A DNA stretch of 64,000 bases from Eledone cirrhosa (Eukaryota), in the NCBI GenBank assembly GCA_964016885.1, contig OZ024742.1, positions 3,472,001 through 3,536,000 of the forward strand, given 5' to 3'. A program made the translations under genes and the position numbers. The notes beneath the pieces are model-generated. The model did no database searches. It was not told the origin of the DNA and saw only the letters and a program-made list of their open reading frames with translations. This document shows positions 63,387 to 64,000 of this stretch, piece after piece. Every line of letters begins with the position of its first letter. Within the stretch, counting starts at the first letter, position 1.

Positions 63387-64000
63387 GTGAAGCCACGCTT
63401 CTTATCGCCTCCAGTTTTTTTCAACGTTTTACCGCGTTTTCAACCTTTCTAAACCTTTTATTCAAGTTTTAAATTTGATAAAAGTTTAGAAGAAGTGACC
63501 CACCTAATACAAGGGCTCACTAGTAAATAAGAGGGCCCCCTTTTAAGGGGCGCCGTATTCGTATTTGTGTAAAAATAGACTATTTGAGGAAAATAGAGTA
63601 GAGGGAGAGCTAGTCAGAAAGCTAGAAGAGGCGTTTAGGACAAGCATCGAAACCGACGTGCTTGCGGCGAGATTGGCACTCGACCAATTCTTCAACGCAA
63701 AACACGAAGGCTGCGTTGTCAGAGCTAGAGCGCGTGCTCTGAAACACGAGGGGACAAAAGCCGTCCAAAGGGACCGGGTGGCAGAGGCGCGACGTGGCAA
63801 CAAAGCCACAATTCGGTCTTTGTCTGACCAAAACGGGTGCGTGATGCTCGAACCCGAGCGGATGTGTGAATCTTTTCAGCAGTACTTTGCTGAACTCTTC
63901 GGGAGCGGCGGCAGCCCGGGTCGGGACATGGACTTCAGTGCATACCTCGACGCACTGCCTCCGCTCTCGACGACCGCAGCACAGTGTTGCGAAAAGCCAA
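63387..64000 (+). mobile_element. Tx1 copy: putative 5' UTR joined directly to mid-ORF2, runs off window end
   Basis: ~200 bp non-coding with two hairpins, then from ~63590 ENRVEGELVRKLEEA..LDQFFNAKHEGCVVRAR, equivalent to ~60640. Confidence 0.8.

Overview
Eukaryotic, gene-free window made almost entirely of transposable elements. The SINE family and microsatellite content suggest a cephalopod mollusc such as octopus (inference). No intact host gene and no fully intact transposon ORF is visible. Three zones: (1) 1-18.1 kb: L1/Tx1-clade LINEs (ORF1 with CCHC knuckle; ORF2 APE+RT+zinc finger), R4/Dong fragments, a Penelope-like fragment and a C/T-rich minisatellite. (2) 18.1-34 kb: AT-rich DNA where (TA)n tracts host a Penelope-like element (RT+GIY-YIG), several short fold-back elements with type I hammerhead ribozyme motifs (one a retrozyme-like tandem dimer with a U3-A8 core variant) and an RTE-like element with an HDV-like fold. 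It also holds a hAT relic, Helitron-like termini and tRNA-derived SINEs. (3) 34-64 kb: a ~30-kb array of ten LINE copies separated by (ATT)n, with two R4/Dong families always on the minus strand and a Tx1 family always on the plus strand. Best leads, all hypotheses from manual reading: splice signals coinciding with the ORF1 and ORF2 stop codons of the Tx1 elements (ORF2 as an intron); a modular Dong 5' UTR with conserved splice donor/acceptor and TATA-Inr, shared between two divergent Dong families; and the hammerhead-bearing fold-back cluster.
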